A stretch of DNA of 64,000 nt, taken from assembly GCF_009914755.1 (NCBI RefSeq), contig NC_060928.1. One strand, 5' to 3'. Both the position numbers and the translations under genes were made by a program. The notes under the pieces are model-generated. The model worked only from the letters and a program-made list of their open reading frames with translations. It was not told the DNA's origin and made no database searches. Shown here piece after piece: positions 46,041 to 62,385 of this stretch; position 1 is the stretch's first letter; the number at the start of each line of letters is the position of its first letter. Origin of the DNA: the human T2T-CHM13v2.0 reference genome, Homo sapiens.

Positions 46041-46278
46041 TTTTTTTTTTTTTCCTTTGGGACAGGGTCTTACTCTGTTGCCCAGGCCAGAGTGCAGTGG
46101 TGCAATCTCGGCTCACCGCAACCTCCACCTACCTCCCAGGCTCAAGCAATCCTCCCACTTCAGCCTCCCAAGTAGCTGGGACTACAGGCACGTGCTACCA
46201 CGCCCGGCTAATTTTTGCATTTTTTTGTAGAGATGGGGTTTCGCCATGTTGCCCAGCTGGTCTCAAACTCCTGGGCTC
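46041..46278 (-). mobile_element. AluJ, 5'-truncated
   Basis: TSD TCAAATAATTCC on both sides. Confidence 0.92.
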
Positions 46279-47384
46279 TCAAATAATTCCTTTTGAAAAA
46301 AAAATATGTGTGTGTGTGTGCATGTGTGTCTAAAACATTTTGTGGATGTTTATTTCCCAGAGCCTAAAACAGAGCCTGACACTCAATAAACATCTACCAA
46401 ACGAATGAATGAATGGTGGCATACAAAACTTGGTGATCATTAATTACCTCTGGAGAGTGAAGTAGGGTTATTTTACTTTTCCTTTTTCATCCTTTAAGTG
46501 ATATTTGCGTTTTTCCCAACATATATATACATTGTTTTAAAATTTAGAATAAACTTAGTTTGAAATTATTTTAGCAAATATTGAACACGAAAGCAACATA
46601 TATAATTGAGCCCATTCGATGATTCGGATTTAATTTAACACTATGTCTTCTCATTTCGGGTATACCCAGGAGCCCTTGTCACCTTTGGTCTGCATCACAC
46701 AAAGTGTTCCTCATGTCACAGTTGTCCCTTGCCCCTGAGCTCTTTGCAGATATTTAATTACTGTTAAGTAGTTACTGTTAAGCTGGGGACTCCTGTTGGC
46801 TTAAGTATTATAAACTTGAATTTTCCCATGGAAGTAACAAGCAGTTATCTTGGAAATAAATTGTTAAGTCCCTGAAATAGAAATAGCCATCACAAAATCC
46901 AGGCACTTTGAATTCTACAGGAAAAATGGAGCCCCCCCACTGGAACTCATCCAGAGATTTAAATGAATCATTAGGATTTTAAGAAAGGAGAGATGCATTA
47001 TCAGCTGACTACAGAGAAACAACAACAACGGAATGTCAACCCTGAGAGTAAGGGCTTCTTCTAGAATACTATGTGATCTAGCTGTAGAACAGTAGGAAGA
47101 ATCATGTGTACTATTTAAGCTATTTCACTTTTTCCTTTTCAGCACATGGAGTTGAATCTTCATGATTAAATAGATAATGTGATTCAAATGTATGTATACA
47201 CAATAGAATATGTAGCATAGAGATCCCAGGAGCTAAAGCCCACTTTCTCGGCTGACCAGATGACATGGACATCAGTTCCGTCCCTCAGAACACATGGCTG
47301 TGCTCTGTCCCTCCCCATGAGGTGACCACTCTGTCGGATGCTCTCGGCCCTCTGCGAATACAGCTCATTTATCCACTTATGGGG

Positions 47385-48102
<718 letters not shown>

Positions 48103-48559
48103 TTGGGTTTGCTCCCAGGCCCCTTTCTGTATAGTAAGCACAATTGTTAATGAATAATAAATAAATACTACACCAACTAAAGACCCATGAACATAAAGAG
48201 AAGGAGCATTAAAAACCTAAGTCAAATGTCCTATAAAGACTTATTAAAGGCCAGTCATTTGAATGAAATTACATGTGAGTAAATTTTAAAAGTCTGGTGA
48301 GACAAACAACAAACTAAAAATCTAGAACTCTGAACTCTTAAGTGTTTTAGTTTTTGCTATACTTCAAAGAAACCAAAACAAAGAAACCACAAATTATAAA
48401 GGATGCATTTTGAGTATGATTTATATCAGAAACACTAAGTTTGAAACTTCTAACAATTAACGCCTAACAAAAACAAATTTTAAGCCTTGGCTCTACATCA
48501 AAAGATTGGTGAATGTTTTAAGTTCTTTACTTAAAAAACTTTCTTAATTTAGGCAACAC

Positions 48560-50360
<1,801 letters not shown>

Positions 50361-50373
50361 AAACAGAAAATTA

Positions 50374-50645
<272 letters not shown>

Positions 50646-51514
50646 ATTCTGATTGAGTTAAGTGTGGGATGGGTCCCAAGAATCTGCATTTATAAAAAGC
50701 TCCCTGGTGATGCTGATGCTGTTGGCACCAAAGGCCACACTTTGCATAGGACTGAGCTAAGCCACTAGTGTCCAAATACACACAAGAATTTCCAGAAACA
50801 AACTCAGTGGCCAATCCATGCTCCCCATGGCCTCCTTCATGTTGCTTTGGCAGGGTTAGAGGTTTTCTTCTGAGTGATGCTCAATCTCCACTGTCTGCAG
50901 CACCCTGACGGCATGACATTCCAGAGCCTGCATGCCATATGCCTCCAAGCTACTCCTCAGACCATGTCCTCACAACCTTCCAGACATGCAGGGAACCAGC
51001 CTCACTGCTCCCCAGGCCATGTCCTATGAGCCTGTCTCAACTTGCATCATTCAGGCCTCAGTTCCCTCCACCTGGAATGTTCTCTGTGTCTTGAACTCTT
51101 CCACACACTCATAGCTTAGTTTGAATGCTACTTCCTCCAGGAAGCCTTCTCTGATTGCCCCCACCATGACCAATCCCTCCTCTACACAGCTGTGAACACT
51201 ATTCATACCTCATAGTAAGCACGGACTAGCCTGCCCTGTGCTACAGCTGATTGTGGAGGTGGAGGTCTCCTCAGCTGAATGTCAGCTTTTTGAGAGCAAG
51301 GGGACCCAGTCAACACCATCTGCCAAACAGCGTCAGGCTTGGTGCCCAGTAGATGCTTGCTACACATCTGCAAAAGTGAAATAAGCACTTGGAATCAGAC
51401 AGTCAGGTTTCAATCTGATTCTGTCTTTCTCAAGAAATATGACCTTGGGTGCATTGCTTAATATCTCTGAGCAGCACAAAGTTACTTGAAAAACTAAATA
51501 AGAATATAGCAGGA

Positions 51515-51945
51515 GTAGCAGGCTGAATGGTGTTCCCCAAAATGACAGATCCAAGTCCTAACCCCAAGACCTGTGAACATGACTTTACCTGGAAAAAAGT
51601 TCTTTGCAGACATAATTAAGTATCTTGAGATGAGATCATCCTGGACTTGGGGTAGGCCCTAAATCCAGTGCCAGGTGTCCTTAGAAAGGAAGAGACTCAG
51701 AGATGGTCCTGTGAAGACAGGCAGAGATGAGAGTGATCCTGGCCAGGCCAAGGAACATCTGGAGCCATCAGAAGCTAGAAGAGGCAAGGAAGATTGTCCT
51801 CCAGAGCCTTCAGATGGAGCGTGGCCCTGCCCACACCTAGATTTTAGACTTCCTGCCTACAGAACCACAGAAGAATACACTTCTGCCATTTTAAGCTACC
51901 TGGTTTGTGATAATGTGTTATGGTTGCCCTAGGAAACCAATAAAG
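51515..51945 (+). mobile_element. MLT1 LTR
   Basis: GGCCCTAAATCCA..GAAGCTAGAAGAGGCAAGGAA..CCTAGGAAACCAATA. Confidence 0.85.
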
Positions 51946-53954
51946 CGAAGGTCAAATAAATACTTCTTTCTTTGTCCATGTCATCACCAAGACCTGAGAT
52001 TAATTTCAAAGCTTTTAATAAATATGGATTTTATACATTCATATTTTGACAAACACTTAGTATCTACCAAGCGCTATTCTAAATGCTTTATAAATATAAT
52101 TTACCTAAACAAATATTAAGATGACCTGAAAAGCAGGTACTATTATTATCATTTCCACTTTAGAGAGGGAAAACTAACGAATAGAGATTATTAAGTAACT
52201 TGTGCAGTGCAGAGCTAGTGGACGTCAGAGTTGGGATTCAAATCTAGGCAGTGACTCCAGGGCCACTGAGTTTGGGGCTCCTTTCTGAATCTTGATCCCA
52301 GGCACAGGCCACCTGTGTCATCTCTCCTGGAAAAGTCATCCTGCTCTAGGCTCTGACCTGGCACCACCCTGCAGACCACACTTTCCCGCCACTTCTCTAG
52401 GGGTAAATCTCAAGACTTCATTTCTGCTCAAGCCCAGTGGACAAATGCTATTTAATACCATGGTGGCTTCATGCAGCAGCTGCTGGGCGGCCTCTCTGTA
52501 TTTACATTCACACTTAATCTCCCCTTTCCTGCATGTATTGAAGGCCTCCTGAAAGGATGTCATCGCTGAAGATCAGCAGAGCAGGAAGCTTTGCTTCTGG
52601 TGTCTTTTGCCAGATATTTCCCAGCTGTGCATAGCCCGCCTCGATTATTTATGTAGGGCAAGATAGGACCCTATTTCAGAGGGACTTTGTAGGCTAGATA
52701 ATAGGCTAAAAGTCTACAGGATGAGTTTTTCAGTTTGGTTACAGAAGACTGTCCTATGAAAGTGAAGACACACAAGGAAGATTAGAAGTATCTATTATAA
52801 TCTGCAGACACGTCACCTGCCACTCAAACCCACCCACTCACAGGTCACTGGGGACGTCAAATGAAATCTATACAACAGATCTCCTCCTCCATGGAGGGAA
52901 TAGGGTGCAGCACGGAGGGAAGAGCCTACGTTTGGAGGGCACAGGGTCCCAGGTCTAACCTTGGCTGGGCCTCTTAGCCATCAGGGTGTGTGACCCTAGA
53001 CACTCCTTAGCCTCTGAGTCTCACTTTCCTCATCAGCGAAAGAAAAGTGGCAATTATGACTTGCCTCTGAAGCCTGCCTGGATTCAAACCCTGCCTCTGC
53101 CACTGACCAGCTCTAGCACCTGGGGCAAGTTATTTGATCTCTGAGCCTCGACTTCCTCTTCTGTAAAATGAGATAACAGCAGTTAGCTCCTGGTGCTGTT
53201 GACTCGCCTAAATCCCTGAAAGCGGGCACACAGTGAGTGGTGCTTGCCATTCTGACTGTTAGGATGGCAGCTGTAAGTTGCCCAGCAGAGTGACTGACAT
53301 GGAGGAGGAAGGATCAATAGATATCAGTTCTTTCCTCTGTGTGTGACCTAATTTGTGGCTAGGCCCATTGCCAGCATGAGTCACATGTTCTAAAGGCGAC
53401 AATGCTGGCTTTGTCTGAATTAAGTAAGGACACGCAGATGTTGGAGCCTGATCCTACGTGGACATGGGCATAGACACGTCGATTTGGCTATTCACTCAGC
53501 CGCCCCTTTCCTGGGTACCGCTTCTCTCTGCCTCTGAGGCCATGGTGACAGTGAGGGCCCACAGCAGCCAGGCTCACACAGACGACCCCGGCCACGTGAC
53601 TCAATGGCTCCACGGTTTATGATTGGTTCGGGTGAGCCAGAAGCCCTCCCTGGGAATTGAGAATTGGGATAGAAAAAGAAAGAACTCCCAGCCACTCTCC
53701 AAGAAGCTGGCCTGAAACCTATGATGCTGACAAGCTGGTTCTCCACCATGAGGACTGCAGGGGTGCAGGAAGCCAGAGGGAGAGGGTAGGGGAGGAGGCA
53801 GAGTAGATGTACAGAGAAGCCAAGATAGGAGGCAGAGAGAATCCAGGTGAGGGCTGGTCCCTGGTGGCTCATATGTCACTGAGTGCCCTGAGAGAACCCG
53901 GAGTCCTGATGAGAAACTCCCTGTTTTTGGTTACCTTGGCTATCTTAAATAAAA

Positions 53955-54450
53955 ATGATAGGAGGCCACTGTTTAGGACTAGGCTCCTGTACTAGGCCCC
54001 AACAGAGCAGAATAAAAATCAAAATGGAGTCACCCATGCTAAAGTTCCACGTTACCAAATGGAAACTGAGTTGTTATCTGGCTTTCCAAGAAATCAGGAG
54101 AGACAGATAGCAGCCTATTTCCCAAACAGGCCAGTTGCTATTGGCATGATAATGAAGCTCCCTCCATTTCAATCCTTAACCTGAAGTCACTTGATGTAAC
54201 CAGTTATTTCTCTATTGCTCTGTCTCCATGTCCCTGTCTTACAAGGAAAGTAACTTTGAAGTGACCAATTCAACTTTGTGTTCTTTGTTTCTGCTTTCTT
54301 CAGCCCTTTTTCTGAATATTAAGCTAGGCTCTGCTGGACTCACTGCGACATTTATTCAATTTTGTGGAATAAAGTGTCGCTCAATTCTAGAATTGCAAAT
54401 ATAGCCAATTGAGATCTTTCAACTAAATTTGTTATAATTTTGTCCTTACA
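53955..54450 (+). mobile_element. MER67/MER31-like ERV1 LTR
   Basis: CTAGGCCCCAACAGA..AAAATGGAGTCACCCATGCTAAAGTTCCACG; TG...CA ends. Confidence 0.7.
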
Positions 54451-54682
54451 GCTAATAGGATTCTGTTACCTGTAATGGAGGGAGCTCTTATACTCACTAT
54501 AACATCCTGATGGCCTCTCAAATTCCATGGAAACAAGGCTTAACTCCCCACCTTCCTCACTTCTACCAACTCACCCAACTCCACTCCCACACACACCAAA
54601 TCCCACGAGCAAATCAGAATCACCTAAAATATTTTTACAAATAGGCCAACCATCCTAAAATCTAAATTTAAAAACATACCAA

Positions 54683-55032
<350 letters not shown>

Positions 55033-55449
55033 CTAACAACAGAGGAGACGTATTTCCTTGTTTGTTCCATTAGAATAGCTCAGATCTGGTCAGAACTTAT
55101 GCCAAGTTCATCACGGCCACATAAAATTGGAAGTGGCACTACTCATCATCCACATCAGACAATCTTTTACAATGCATACTTTTAACGTGCAAAAATTACT
55201 ATTTTCCATACTAACCCATGGTCATTTTAAAAGCATCATAGTAAAATAAAAGAAAAATACACACAAGGCAGCTGTGTTTTATAGGAGATAAAACTAGTCC
55301 TAGAGATGGGAGTTTCTCAATATGCCACAAGCTAGTGTGTGCCTTGAACATGTAACCTCTTTCTGACTTAGTTTTCCAATCTGTTGAGGAGAATGTAAGA
55401 AATAATATCACCACCTACCACCATCATCTACCTTCCAAAGTTATTGGAA

Positions 55450-56309
55450 GTATTCAGGGAAAAACTTTAGACAAATTAGATTTAATAGCGTTCAACTGAG
55501 CAAAGAATGATTCATGAATCAGGCAGCCCTTGGAATCAGAATACATTCAGAACGACTCTGGGTCATATAACATTTATGGACAGATAAAGGAAAGTGATAT
55601 GCAGAAAACACAACTGAGGTACAGGAACAGCTAGATGGGATACAGCTGGGTGTTTGCTTTATTTGAACAGGATTTGAACTAGTGGCCACCTGCGATTGGC
55701 TGAAACTCAGCTAATGCGATTGGGTAAGACTCAGCTACTTGTTATAAGAGTAGGTCGCAAGTCTGTTCACAAATGTGTTTAGGTCACAGTTTACTATGTA
55801 TGGAGAAACATTTAGGCCAAACTTAAAATATGTAAGGAGGCAGCTTTAGGCTACATTTAATTTTTTAACAATTTCCCCCCTTTAGATCAACCTCTCAAGA
55901 TTGAGAGGTTGGTAAATTTGGCAATTTTGAGAGGCTGACCAAAACTTTAGGCATTGAAGTCACTCTGTCTCCATCGTTAACGGACTTATTTCATCTCAAA
56001 TCCCACTGGAAAACAGCAGAACAGTTTTGTAGGTGGAAACAAGGACACAGAAATAGAAAAAAAGAACCTGACTGATTATTTCAGGTTACTTGTTTTTTAG
56101 TGGAGTTTAGAGCAGAGGGGACTTCGTTATTATGATGCAATCTCCTGTTTTCAAGAGTTTAAAAAAAATTTGGTCTGTTTTGGGATCTCTCTGCTTCCTT
56201 AAAGTTTCAGTTTGATTACATCGCAGTTAGCATGATTGAGTCCATTTTGATTTGGACTGGTCTGTTGGGGCCAGTCTAGAACAAAGACCTCCCATAATTT
56301 TGTTTAACA
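55450..56309 (-). mobile_element. MER57-like ERV1 3' LTR (about 55450-55870) with polypurine tract and adjoining internal remnant
   Basis: Minus strand AAAGGGGGGAAAT|TGTTAAA..AGCCTAAAGCTGCCTCCTTACATATTTTAAGTT. Confidence 0.75.
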
Positions 56310-57152
56310 AAAGAATCAAATGAGCAAACACTTAGCAAAGTAAGTCTTACAGCAGATACTGAGAACTGCAGAAAAGAACAAAGAAACCAAGAAAACAAGA
56401 GCCTGTCAGATGGAGATATTTTTGCAGAGAAGCAAAGACCAATCAGTAAACTAGCATCACATCCAAACCTTGGCTTCTAGACCCTGTTCCGCTACTGTCA
56501 GGCTTGCCAAGGGAACACGGCCCACTTAACCTCAAAAGTGAAGGGACTGTTTCTTACGAGGCAATGCCATGTAGAATGTTCCTAAGGGAACAGTAGCAAG
56601 GACAGTTCAATGATCCCTCCTGGAGACACCTTCTGATTCCTAAGTCTCCTCCCTACATCAATCGTGGCATCAAATTGATTGTAACTGTAATCCACTTTAT
56701 GTCTAAGAGAAAAAAGGGTCTGAAAGTTAGACAACTTAGCCAAGATCATTCAGCAGTTAACAGGCAAGAGCTAGGATTTAAACCAAGTTCCTGGGACATG
56801 GAATGGACACTGCATCCATTTCCCCTATTCCCTTTTGTTTCATTTTGAATTCATTATTACCTCCCTCCAGACCACTACAAAAGCCTCCACCTCCCTGTGC
56901 TCTAACCTATCAGCTGTTGATGGGTTCTCTTCCCCAAACTGAATTCCACGTACACCCTGGCTGACAGCATCCAGCAAGGTGTACCGCAGAACGCAGGGAC
57001 TTTCAATAAATGCTTGTCCAACAAATGAAACCTCTGCTGGAAGGCTTCCTCACCTTCCTTCTCTCTCTAAAACTCCCTGGAGATCAAGGTCCTCCAGCTC
57101 TGGTTCTCCCTAACTTTGGTCAATTTATTCCATGAATACCTATTTCACCCTC

Positions 57153-57553
57153 TGTCACGTCCTGAATATCTGTGTCCCCTGACATTTCTGTGTTGAAGTG
57201 TTAACCCCTGACATGATGGTGTTTGGAGGTGGGGATTCTGGGAAAGGTAATTAGGTTTAAATTAGGTCATAAGGGTGAGACCTTCATGATGGAATTAGTG
57301 CCTGATGGGATTAGAGAAAGAGAAGATCTCTTTTCACCCTCTCTCCAGGAGCCTGCACCCAGGAAAGAGCATGTGAGCACACAGCGAGAAGGTGGCTGTT
57401 CACAAGCCAGAAAGTGAGCCTTCCCTAGACAGCAAATCTGCCAGCACCTTTATCTTAGACATCCCAGCCTCCAGCACTCTGAGAAATAAATGCCTGTTGT
57501 TTAAGTTACCTAGTCTATGGTATTATTTCAAGAAACTGAATGGAGTAGGACAC
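57153..57553 (+). mobile_element. MLT1A/MST-type MaLR LTR
   Basis: TGTTGAAGTGTTAACCCC..TCTGCCAGCACCTT..CCAGCCTCCAG..GAGAAATAAAT. Confidence 0.8.
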
Positions 57554-58164
57554 TCATATTGGAACCACAGTCTCCTACATGCCCTAGACATGCCCTACTC
57601 TCTACCTGGAACACCCTGTCCCTAACTTCCTCTGATCACCCTGCCACCAATATCCTTTCAGGTTTGAATGAATGAACAAGAGACTCTTCTCAAAGGTAAG
57701 GCACAGCTCTCTTCTTAATGAGCCTAAGCCCCCTGTGTAGAGTAATCCTTTTGCAGCTTCAGGCCAAGGCAAGCATTTATGAAATACCCACAGCAGGTTC
57801 TAGAATACATTCTGCCATGTCAACACAGGGGTGGTTACCTGTGTTCCTTGTCTAATTTAAACTAATCTCTTCTGCCCAGGAAGTAAGGCTTTGTCTCAAG
57901 TCCCAGCTGAATAAGACCTTTCCATTTTATGTTTATTAAGCTGGAACTTGAGAAAAAGCCTTACTTCCTGGGGATACAAGAAGGGTTTCTCTTAGAGTTT
58001 CAAATGCAAAATTTGGCAAACCAATTGATTGGACACAGAATATAAAAGTGAAAAACTTTCCAGTCAGATGGTAAGAAAAGAGGAAGCACAGGCTCCAGGG
58101 CTGTCCCTATCTCTTCTATTCCTTGACCTGTACTGGAACTTTGCATTCAAAGCACCACTACTCT

Positions 58165-58914
58165 TGAAATCACCTTTGCAAAAATTATAACTGAGAAAAT
58201 TATTACAGTGAAAGAGATCTGACCTAACCAACTCCATCTTGCTTCTAACCTCCAACCTATCCTTATTCATTCCTGGCCATAGGCCCAACTAACTTTGGGA
58301 GGAACTTAGTTTATAGTTTAACTTTGAAACAAAGACAGTAACAGACCTTTCCCAAGACAAACCGCTTCTTGATGGGTGACTACCCTGCTCTTGCAGGACT
58401 AAAAAATTAGCCACAAGATTAGAAATTATGGTTTAGGAGTTATACAGCTAGAGGTCACAAAGTTCTAAACCTCCCAGTTGCTCCTAGGGACAACATCACT
58501 GTTGTAAAGCCTAAAATCAGTGCTTGAGATACTTTGCAGATACTTTGCAGAGTACTTTGCAGACCCTGTGTTTTGAGGCATCAGCTGATGCCACCCAGAT
58601 AGATAAACTGGCTCATCTGGTCTTGTGACCCCCACCCAGGAACTGACAGTGCAAGAGGACAGCTTCTATTCCCTATGATTTCATCTTCTACCCGACCAAT
58701 CAGCACTCCCCACTTTCTAATCCCCTACCCACCAAATTATACTTAAAAACCCCAATCCCTGAATTTTGGGGGAGACTGCTTTGAGTAATAAAACTCCAGC
58801 CTCCCATTCAGCTGGCTCTGCTTGAATTAAACTCTTTCTCCACTGCAATTCCTCTAAATTGATATATCGGCTGTATCTGGCCAGCAGGCACGAAGAGCCC
58901 ACTGGCCAGTTGCA
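58165..58914 (+). mobile_element. LTR8-family ERV1 solo LTR
   Basis: TGAAATCACCTTTGCAAAAATTATAACTGAG start, ends GTTGCA; internal triplication of GATACTTTGCA. Confidence 0.85.
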
Positions 58915-59844
58915 CGCTTTCAAATGAAAGGATATATCTATGGGAGAATAGCTTCTATGAAGATATTACTCCACAGACGACCTGTCCTGAAGTCTTGTGT
59001 TTGGTTAATGTACTAAGGTATTAAACTAATAAACAATATATAGGAATCAATCATGCACATGCTCTCACTCTTTCTGTTTTGTTTTTTGCATCTTCAATTA
59101 TGAGGGCATCTATTTATGACTTGGTACTTGTGAAATGCATTGGCCCCAAATGGAAAAATCATGATTATCTTATATGTGTCCTCTACATTGCAAAGCACCC
59201 AGTGGGCACTTTAAGACCACTAGGAAATGTAGTAACTAGGTGAAAGAATACAAATAGGATGATGGAAGAAAACCAACACCCCAAGATTCATCTGTTAAAC
59301 TCAATATTATATTACTTAAGCAACCTAATAATTTTTCCTCCCAAAGAGGTAATGCTGGTCTGCCCTGGTCTACTGTTGAAAGTGAGAATTTCCTTCTCCA
59401 AGGTAATAAGTATTGATGAAGGTCAAGAGACAAACTAGGCTAATACCCTCAGATTACATTAGGATTACAATTCTTCAGTTCCCTCCTTCGGTCTAACAAT
59501 GTTGTTGCAGTTCAAAACCTTGTAATGCATTGGAAGTTGTGTAAGCTAAAAGACATCTTCGAACTTGATCACCAGAATGAAGACCTTAAAATACATTGCT
59601 TTTCCTTATTAAAAAAAAAAGTATGAGGAAACCTTCCAATCAAATCTAAAGGGACCAAAATAGAGCAACATATGGAAAGAGATTATGGGATTAACTAATT
59701 ACATGATATGCCTTAGAATGAGACACGGGAAGCTTTCCAGTCTTTTTGAGGAAATGATTGTAAATTCATATTCGACAACTGAATTCTATGCCTTTTATAT
59801 TAAAACAAAACCAAGAAGCAAAGACTAAAAACATTAGTAGGAAA

Positions 59845-60115
59845 CTAGTTTAAAAGGATGAATAAGACCTAGTATCTGATAGCACAACAGGATGACTATA
59901 GTCAATAATAATGTAATTGTACATTTTGAAATAACTAAAAGAGTAATTGGATTGTTTGTAACACAAAGAATAAATGTTTGAGGAGATAGATACACCATTT
60001 TATATGATGTGATTATTACACATTGCATGTCTGTATCAAAATATCTCTTGTACCCCGTGAATATATACACCTACTAGGTACCGACAAAAATTAAAGAGTT
60101 TTTTTAAATAAAAAT
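59845..60115 (+). mobile_element. L1MA 3' end
   Basis: GAATAAGACCTAGTAT..GCACAACAGGATGACTATAGTCAATAATAA; flanking TTAGTAGG repeat. Confidence 0.85.
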
Positions 60116-61406
60116 GTTAGTAGGTTATTTTATTCAGTAACACATATTAAGTCTCCAAATAAGCCAAGAGATGTCTATTCAGAAGAGTGAATTTGCATCC
60201 AATGTTAAGAAATAAACTCTAATTTTCTACTTCTGTCTTTGGAATTTCCAAAGTTAGTATTTTAACAGCAACATAAACAGTAAGTAGCATTCGTTCAGGA
60301 TTCTCTTCAATGCCAATAACCATTCAAAGAGATTTGTTTTGGTGAACTGAAATTTAAATTAGCAAAAATTGACAACTATACTTCAAGCTGTTTTAATTGC
60401 CCTAAGACAAATAAGTGTTAAAAAACCAATACAAATGTATTTTAATGAAAATATATAAACTCCCCATAATATAAACATGTGATGATATTCACTAAATACA
60501 TCCTGTCTCTCTTCCTCCCTCTCTCTCACACACAGGCATGTACACACACCAGTAGGACTCTTACAAACAGTAGCTGAACAGCTAAGGAAAATGATAAGAA
60601 AGATTACAGCGAATTCTATAATCAATGATTGTAATCAAATCTTTGTAACTAAAAGAACAGGCTTAGGATGGACTTACTGTTAAGCCAATCAAAAATTTAG
60701 GTGCCAAACCCTAGTAGCAGATATTTCCCACAGGCTATTTTTACTTTCATAATCCCTTTTCTATGAACACATACCCTGAATTCAGAAGAGTATGGAAAAC
60801 AACAAACATTAAGAAGGCGAAAATGACAAACAGCACTGTGTGTGATGAATAACAGCACTATGGCATGACAGTTCTGGAAAGTGCCAATACTCTTCCTCAC
60901 ACCCAAGCTCTTAGAAATGAAGAAAACAGCTGATCAAGTAATCATGTTTGTCCTTACCCTAAGCAATGTCAAAATTTGCATATTGTGGTGGGCAGAGGAG
61001 AGTTAAATTTTTAAGCGATGAGGTGGCAATCAGTTGCTAGTTATTCGTTTCTCCTTTGATGACACACAATTTGCATTTTTACCCTAACTTTACTCTAACT
61101 TTTACCTTTGGTAAGTGCCTTAGAATAATTCATTGCTCTAACCCAAACAAAGCAAAACCAAGCAAAACAAAAGGTAAAGAAGTGGAAAACCAACATAGCA
61201 ACATCGTTTGCTTCCATTTCTTATAATAACATTCCTCGCAACCTATGTAACCTGGTACAAGTCTTCTTAACTTCTGTCTAAATGCTTTCTGCTTCTGTGC
61301 AAAGCAATCGCTAAAATACTGAATATATTATATATTGATTGCATTGACATTAAAAAACAATATTGTGGGTGCGTTTGGAGATAAATCCTATCTTTCCCTG
61401 CCATCA

Positions 61407-61846
<440 letters not shown>

Positions 61847-62129
61847 CTGGCAGGGAGAGAAACAGCAGCAGAGTCATCAATGCGTGTAAACTGCCTGCAC
61901 CTGGAGCTGCCCAGAGAGGACGCTGCAAAGCTTTAGAGCAAGGCCTCCAGCCTAATCCGGATGGGTGGGTGGAAACCAAGCACACAACCTGCTCCAGAGC
62001 CACAGGGCAGGCGCTGGCATCAAAGCCATGACTCACAGAAGGTCCCTTCTCAGGAGGGCCAGACTCAGAACACAGACCCTTTATGGGTTCGGGAAATACT
62101 AGATATTGTAGAGAAAGCTTGAGATCTTG

Positions 62130-62345
62130 GAAACTAACATTTATTGAGCACTTACTGTCTTCCAGGCACTGTTCTCCATGCTTCATAGATAGAAACAAGG
62201 TCCTCCTTGTTTAAGGCATTATTCCATTTTGCAGATGAGGAAACTGACACAGAGAGGATTCTGGTGACTTGCCCAAGGTCACAGGTGATTAACCATGTGG
62301 CCAAGAGTCAAACCCACTAGTTTGCCTTCAAAGTCCAAGATCTAA
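62130..62345 (-). mobile_element. MIR (target of the HML-2 insertion)
   Basis: CATTTATTGAGCACTTAC..CCATTTTGCAGATGAGGAAACTGA..GACTTGCCCAAGGTCACA. Confidence 0.8.
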
Positions 62346-62383
62346 CTATGACATCAAGACACTGTCCCTTCAGTGCCCTCCCT
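62288..62383 (+). repeat. Left copy of 96-bp direct repeat flanking the HML-2 LTR
   Basis: ATTAACCATGTGGCC...CAGTGCCCTCCCT; 95/96 identical to 63361-63456. Confidence 0.98.
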
Positions 62384-62385
62384 AA

